Of a stretch of DNA of 64,000 nucleotides, positions 58,544-64,000 are shown piece after piece. Below the pieces are notes generated by a model. It made no database searches, had not been told where the DNA came from, and saw only the letters and a list, made by a program, of their open reading frames with translations. The position numbers and the translations under genes are program-made. Within the stretch, counting starts at the first letter, position 1. Each line of letters opens with the position of its first letter. The stretch covers positions 17,732,001-17,796,000 of the forward strand of contig JBHGNT010000011.1 in NCBI GenBank assembly GCA_043228905.1, written 5' to 3'. This DNA is from Azolla caroliniana (Eukaryota; Plantae; Polypodiophyta).

Positions 58544-61500
58544 ATCTTTTCTTATTATTATTCCTTGAATCAAAATGATTTGTCGAATGGATCTGGTAGA
58601 CACTAAAAGAAACGTGCCCTGTTATTCACTGTGTTGTAAAGAATCGGTATTGATTTAAACAGGGCACGCAATCAGATCGAGGGTCAGTGGAGACTCTTTA
58701 TCTCTATTTTCCCCTTTTCAATGAATGAGGAACCAGCAATCTAGATCTACAAAAAAGGGGGCGTAGAAAGATTAAAATCGTGGATATGAATAGATCATCG
58801 ATAGATAATATGAGGATCAAAAGTATAAAAAAACAGCACGATAAAGAGTATTCCTGGACATAGGGAAACCCTAAAAAAAGGGGGTTTGGTCACCGGAGAA
58901 AGAGAATCAGAAAACGGGATGATAAGTACCTGTTCGGAATCGAGAATCGACCTCTCGACAGCGTCAGAATGGCAGACAAGAGAGAAGAAGAAGAAGAAGA
59001 AGGAAGAAGAACAGGGTAAAAGGACAACCCGCAAAAAGAATAAAGATAAAAATAAAAATAAAAACGCAATTTGGGAATTGGTCAGAAAAGAAGAAGAAGA
59101 AGAAGAAGAAGAAGAAAAAGGAAAAGGGATGGATGATAAACGAAGAAGTAAAAACAAAAAAAAGGAGATGGAAATGATAATAAAAAAACAAGAGAACACG
59201 TGAAACGGTGAGGCCAAGCCAATTGGCCATCCAATCCAAATAAATTCATATCTGGATGGCCGGCCAGCCGCCCAAACCACCCCATCGGTCGCTCCAAAAT
59301 CCCCCCCCATGTTTCCTTCAATATTTTCACCACTTACACTGCCATGCTATCCTCGATCATTAACTAAACTACCTTACCTTGTACTAATTTCTCCACCGTC
59401 GCTTTTTTGTCGCCATAGTTCTTACCGTTCGTTTTCGTGCGTATATGCATTTCGTTGCTACGAATCATAACTAACACTAGTAATAATAATAATAATAATA
59501 ATAATAAGTTCGGTGCATGGGTAGAACGAGAAGATGTCTCCGCGAGTCTTTGTATTTTCCATGGACGTATATCGTTGGCAAATCTCACCTTCCTATAATA
59601 TGCCCAAACTCTTTTCATTGTTGGTGTCCTTGTGCCTTTAACTTTTTAGGAATTGAGGTATATTGCAGGTAGCATCTAGTATGGATTTAAATTGTCAAGC
59701 AATGCAAGCACGTTGTTCTTGGGAGTTTCCCAGTACATAAATACCCCCGTGTTGGTAGAGATCCCATTCCAAGAACCAAAAGGAGATGAGCGTACAACTT
59801 GAAGGGAGGTATGTATAAAGGAAATGAGCCATTGTATGGTTTCAAGAAGGTTAGGTCTAGGACTACCCATCCTCGCCTATGTTATGTCTACAAATTGCCT
59901 ATATGATACATGGATATCCAACCCAATGGCTATATGTTGAATTTTAAGAGCAATAATGGAAAGACCAAGAGCCCCTTTGTTGGAAGTGTAGTTGGCTATG
60001 AGTCATGTGAAGTCAAAATTTTGTTAATATAAATGTCAATTTTTGGGTAGTTACTTTTTACATTGTCCCATTCATAACTATATAGTGCCCAAGGGTCTTG
60101 CTTGTAATTGCCAACATTAAACATTGACAATTGTAACTTGTCATTGTTGTTAACAACCAACCATAATTGCTAACAGGGTTGCCATTTGATATTGACTTTA
60201 GGTTCTATGACACATACGTCTTTATGAATATCACCATTAATTAGATGAGAGTATGATCTACACACCCAGTTTCTAGCAAGAATAAGGCAAAAGCTTTCAC
60301 TCACCTCTCCAAACATCTCCCCGAAGTTTATCTCCTCTTTGAGTAAAAGGAAGCCACCCCCACTACGTGTAAATGTGCCAGCAACATCCTTCGATCTACA
60401 TTTCAACCAAAGTCCTAAAAGAGATTACATTTCCCATGGTCCAAGGTTGTTAGTTACATTAAGAACATCATTGATGTCATTTGAAGGTTGTTTTGTTGAC
60501 AATTTATATTAGTCAAGTTCTCAAGGTTGTAATAATACTCACGAACTTGTGGCAGTCAAGCAAAAATATCCTTTTACTCTCTTTGAAGCTAAGTGCGTGT
60601 ATGAGATCTTGAAGTGGAGTCATGTGAAGTCACTCTCTTTGTTGATGTAGACAACGAGATTATATAATTGTGAATTGTGATGAGATCATTTGGTCAAGTC
60701 AAGGCAAATCCCTTGCTTTGTTGATGTAGCCACGAGTCTTGTATGAACATGACGGTGCAGATGATAGGAACCTTAGCTTACACAAGATCGCGAGGTTGCG
60801 CCCCTCACAATGTTAAGTGTAGACAATAACACTCTATATAAATGTGATGATGAAAGTGATGATATCTTTACCCTCAAGGATTGATGTTGTTACCTTCAAG
60901 GAAGGACGTGCACTATAAAATTATGATAAGACAATTCGTAGATGTACATAGCTTACATGGTTCCCAAAGGTTGAGTTCTAATACAAGTCCATCTTTACAT
61001 GGGAGCTCTAATACACTAGTAAGATCCCTCCATTGAAGTGGTAGGGGCAAGGGGAATGTAAGAAATAGAAGTGGCAAAATGAAAACACAAGAGGTTTGAG
61101 CCAAGAGGCTACAATAAATCCTAAAGGGTCGAGTCGTCAATGTCGAGGAAGGAAATAATATCATCATTGGCCTTCCCTTTTTGGCAAGTGTGTATAAGAA
61201 ATCTTGAGACCCAAGCGAGGTCAAGTCCCTTGATGCAAAGACAACAATACGCTACGAATGTCATCATTGGCTATAATAAGAGATCATGATGCCAAGTTAT
61301 GATGGGTTCATCACGTTTGCGATATGAACGTGGTGATGAAGGCGATAAGATCGTTGACGTAGGGGGGGGGGGTGCAAAGACATAACAAAAAGGTATATTG
61401 TGTAGACCGCAAGAGACAAGGCAAACATGGCAAGGCCTATGTAGAGGATGTACATGGGGTTAATCAGAGATGACAAGAGATTTGATTGACCGAGAGGCGA

Positions 61501-61574
61501 GAGAGAGTAGGAGGTCATGGATTCGACTGCTACATTCCATAATGGCATCCAGTAAATTAAGTCCGAGGATATAT

Positions 61575-61700
61575 GTATGTTCTATGGAGGAATAATTGAG
61601 AGGTGAGAAAATTGGTGTCGAACCCAAGACCCAGGGCTAGCACTATAACTAACCAATAGGGCAAGGTAATTCTAGTAATAAAAAAAGAGAGAACTTGAGA
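61575..61700 (-). repeat. Fourth copy of the SINE-like repeat
   Basis: The reverse strand reads ...gggtcttgggttcgacaccaattttctcacctctcaattatt. Confidence 0.5.
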
Positions 61701-63406
61701 AGGCTTTTAGTCGATTGAGGAAGGGTCAATCTTGACTTGACTTGACTTGACTTGGAAGAGTTTGGGTCAAGATTCGATTGGGGTAACTCTTCTAATAACA
61801 CATGTGAAGAAAAAAGGCTGCTTAAAAGACACATTTCAAAAGCTGTAATCCGATTACTGGACAGAGAGAGTCAAAGATATGATCTTAGCATCAGCAATTC
61901 ATTCATGCTTCTCTCAGCTCCTTGCACTCATCTTGCTCTCAGGTAAGTCTATCTATTTTTCCTCTCCTCTCTCTCTCTCTCTCTTTTTCTTTTTTTCTCT
62001 TTCCGTTTCTTCCACGGCATTCACATGTACTGGATAGATACACGGAAATATTGCATCAGTCAAGCAAGAAAGATTGTTTTTATTGCTGTTGTCTAGGTTA
62101 CGATCTTTGCTCCTGACTGAAAGAGAGTTCAATCGTAAAAGATCATCGCATCACATTTCTTCTTTGTCATTCTTTGGAAATGAAACAATTGTACCACTAA
62201 CGTTTGAGGCAACTACCCCATTTTCCTCGATAAGTATGTGTTTTTTTATTGATATAACCACTATTTGATTTATTGTCAAATCTAGGATTCCAATTGTTTT
62301 TTGCTTCTCTCAATGGGCAAAGATCTATTTCTAACTGAAAGAGTAAGAATCCTCAAATTTTTTTATATTCTGAGCTTGCGAAACAATATATAGGAACTTT
62401 ATTGGAGTCAGTCAATTGATTGTTTGAACAAAAAAAATATTTACACTCGTTTAGAATCGAGTGTTTTGTTTTGATATAACTTTTTGTATTTTCCAATCTG
62501 GCCTTACAAGCGTGTTTCTTTATTCTGTCTTTTTGTTTGATCAAAATAGACTTGCATCATTTAGGTAAAGATAAATCCCTATCTAAAGATGGAAACAATA
62601 GCCTAAAGGATGATTTTATGATAAATTCTTTTCCATTTCATGACAATGTCATAACAGTATTATATAAAGGTTTGAGTTTCTGTGACCATATACATTCTTG
62701 AATGCTAAATTTCTCATCATTGATCCTTGGATGGATATTCTTGAAATTCCAAATTTCACGCATAGTGCATGTACAGATGATTATGACATATTCAGGGCTT
62801 GTATGGATCTTTCTTGTAACAAGGGCTATAGGACAGTGATAAAGAGTGTCTTTCTTTCATTAATAAAGAAAGGATTCAGGGCAACTCTAAAAGGAGGGTT
62901 CTATCCAACATAACTCGGGGAACATTGTCCATGGATCCATGATTTATTCAGTTATGATCAATATCCTTCTGCATATGTTTCACAAAATTGTGGCAGCACA
63001 AAATTTACATTGGAACAGAATTTTTAATTCACTTCATAATAATATCTAGTGAAGATGCATAGGCCTAAAAACTACTTGAACTATTTGAAATATCTTGCAT
63101 TTCTCTTTTCCTTTGGGTTGGACTTTCAAAAATCTTTAAGTTTTTTGTTGTTTTATGCTAGCCCATATACTTTAAAACACGTTTACATCCTTGATAATTG
63201 CAGTAGAAGCAAAACTGTCATGGTTTTTACTCTCCAAAGCTTACACAAAATGGATATGTCAAACGTTGATAAGCTGACTGGAGCCATATATATGATGGAT
63301 GATTTGTTCATTTGATATGCTTATTCATTGTTACAGGGAACATATTTTACAGTGCTATATCAGGAAGTCTACAAGGCCGATTTTACACAGAAAAAAAATC
63401 AGAGTT

Positions 63407-63649
63407 ATGGAAGGTGTGTTTCGGTTATCGGAAACAGAAGACGAGAGTAAGATGTTACATCTATTAAAGATCATTAAGGAAAACAAGAGAAAACATGTCA
63501 ATTACAAGAGTATTGGTGGAGTTTCAACCTTTGTTAACAATAATGATGACATCTTATTGGAAGAAAATTTCCATTTGGATCCTTTGGGATCAGTTTCTAC
63601 CATTTTATCATCTGATTTTTTAGCTTGGCAGCCTCTCGAAAATATGCAG
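63407..63649 (+). CDS. Probable first coding exon of an unidentified gene continuing beyond the window
   Basis: Open frame MEGVFRL...LENMQ ending at a CAG|GTAAA donor. Upstream acceptor at 63336 and a likely 5' UTR donor CAG|GTAAGT at 61943. No recognisable domain. Confidence 0.35.
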
Positions 63650-64000
63650 GTAAAATGTTGTTTGGAGATTGACTGTTGCTTTAGGCAATTGCATAAGTAC
63701 TTAAAGCATTTCGGGTTAAAAGTTGTTGGAAGGTAAGAATCTGAACGTAAAAGTTGTCTTTTCAACGTCTCTGTTTAGGATTGATCTAATACCTCTCGAA
63801 TCTTGACATTTGCATAATGACAGTATTACTTGTACTACCAAGTTGGTTCATAGGCCGACTGTTGGTCTGTAGCAGATAGCTTTTTCTTCTTTACTGTATC
63901 CACTATTATAGATTGAAAATGTCTCCTGTTATTCCTCATTGTTGCCATAAACTTTCATTTGCTTCTTATTATGTGCTTGATGACTAGCTATTATTGTCCA

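Noticed and set aside
58795-59333. Long hydrophobic or K/E-rich ORFs
   Set aside because: This is the low-complexity 5' UTR and promoter of MTV1, built from (GAA)n and A-rich runs.
59650-61550. Possible decayed LINE reverse transcriptase region
   Set aside because: No intact YADD or other motif could be confirmed. Too degenerate to call.

Overview
Land-plant nuclear DNA, with spliceosomal GT-AG introns and abundant GA/CA microsatellites. A fern or other non-seed plant is my inference only. Host genes read by hand: a P-class PPR gene, a divergent T-type-like RbcS, an intronless TOC159-family GTPase, a 7-exon plastid protein of unknown function, a zinc-ribbon/RING-H2 E3 ligase, an HR-lesion-inducing-like membrane protein and MTV1 (ENTH/VHS), plus possible partial genes at both window edges. 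The standout is an apparently intact 8,652-bp Mutator-superfamily element (26219-34870) with 120-bp TIRs, inserted in a TA-rich tract 131 bp upstream of a host ATG. It carries (i) a 6-exon, 540-aa gene fusing a C2H2-like zinc finger to a Ulp1/C48 SUMO-protease domain with intact catalytic residues, (ii) an intact DDE/SWIM transposase with an extra integrase-type H2C2-like N-terminal module, and (iii) several non-coding tandem arrays. Three of these arrays repeat one GGAGCCCGACTC motif at spacings that are multiples of about 10.5 bp. The layout recalls Kaonashi/VANDAL MULEs and suggests, as inference, a sequence-targeted accessory or anti-silencing system. Also present are three solo LTRs with 5-bp TSDs, a MULE-type MITE, a hAT-type MITE, a LINE 3' fragment and a SINE-like family. 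All family assignments come from motif recall, not database searches.
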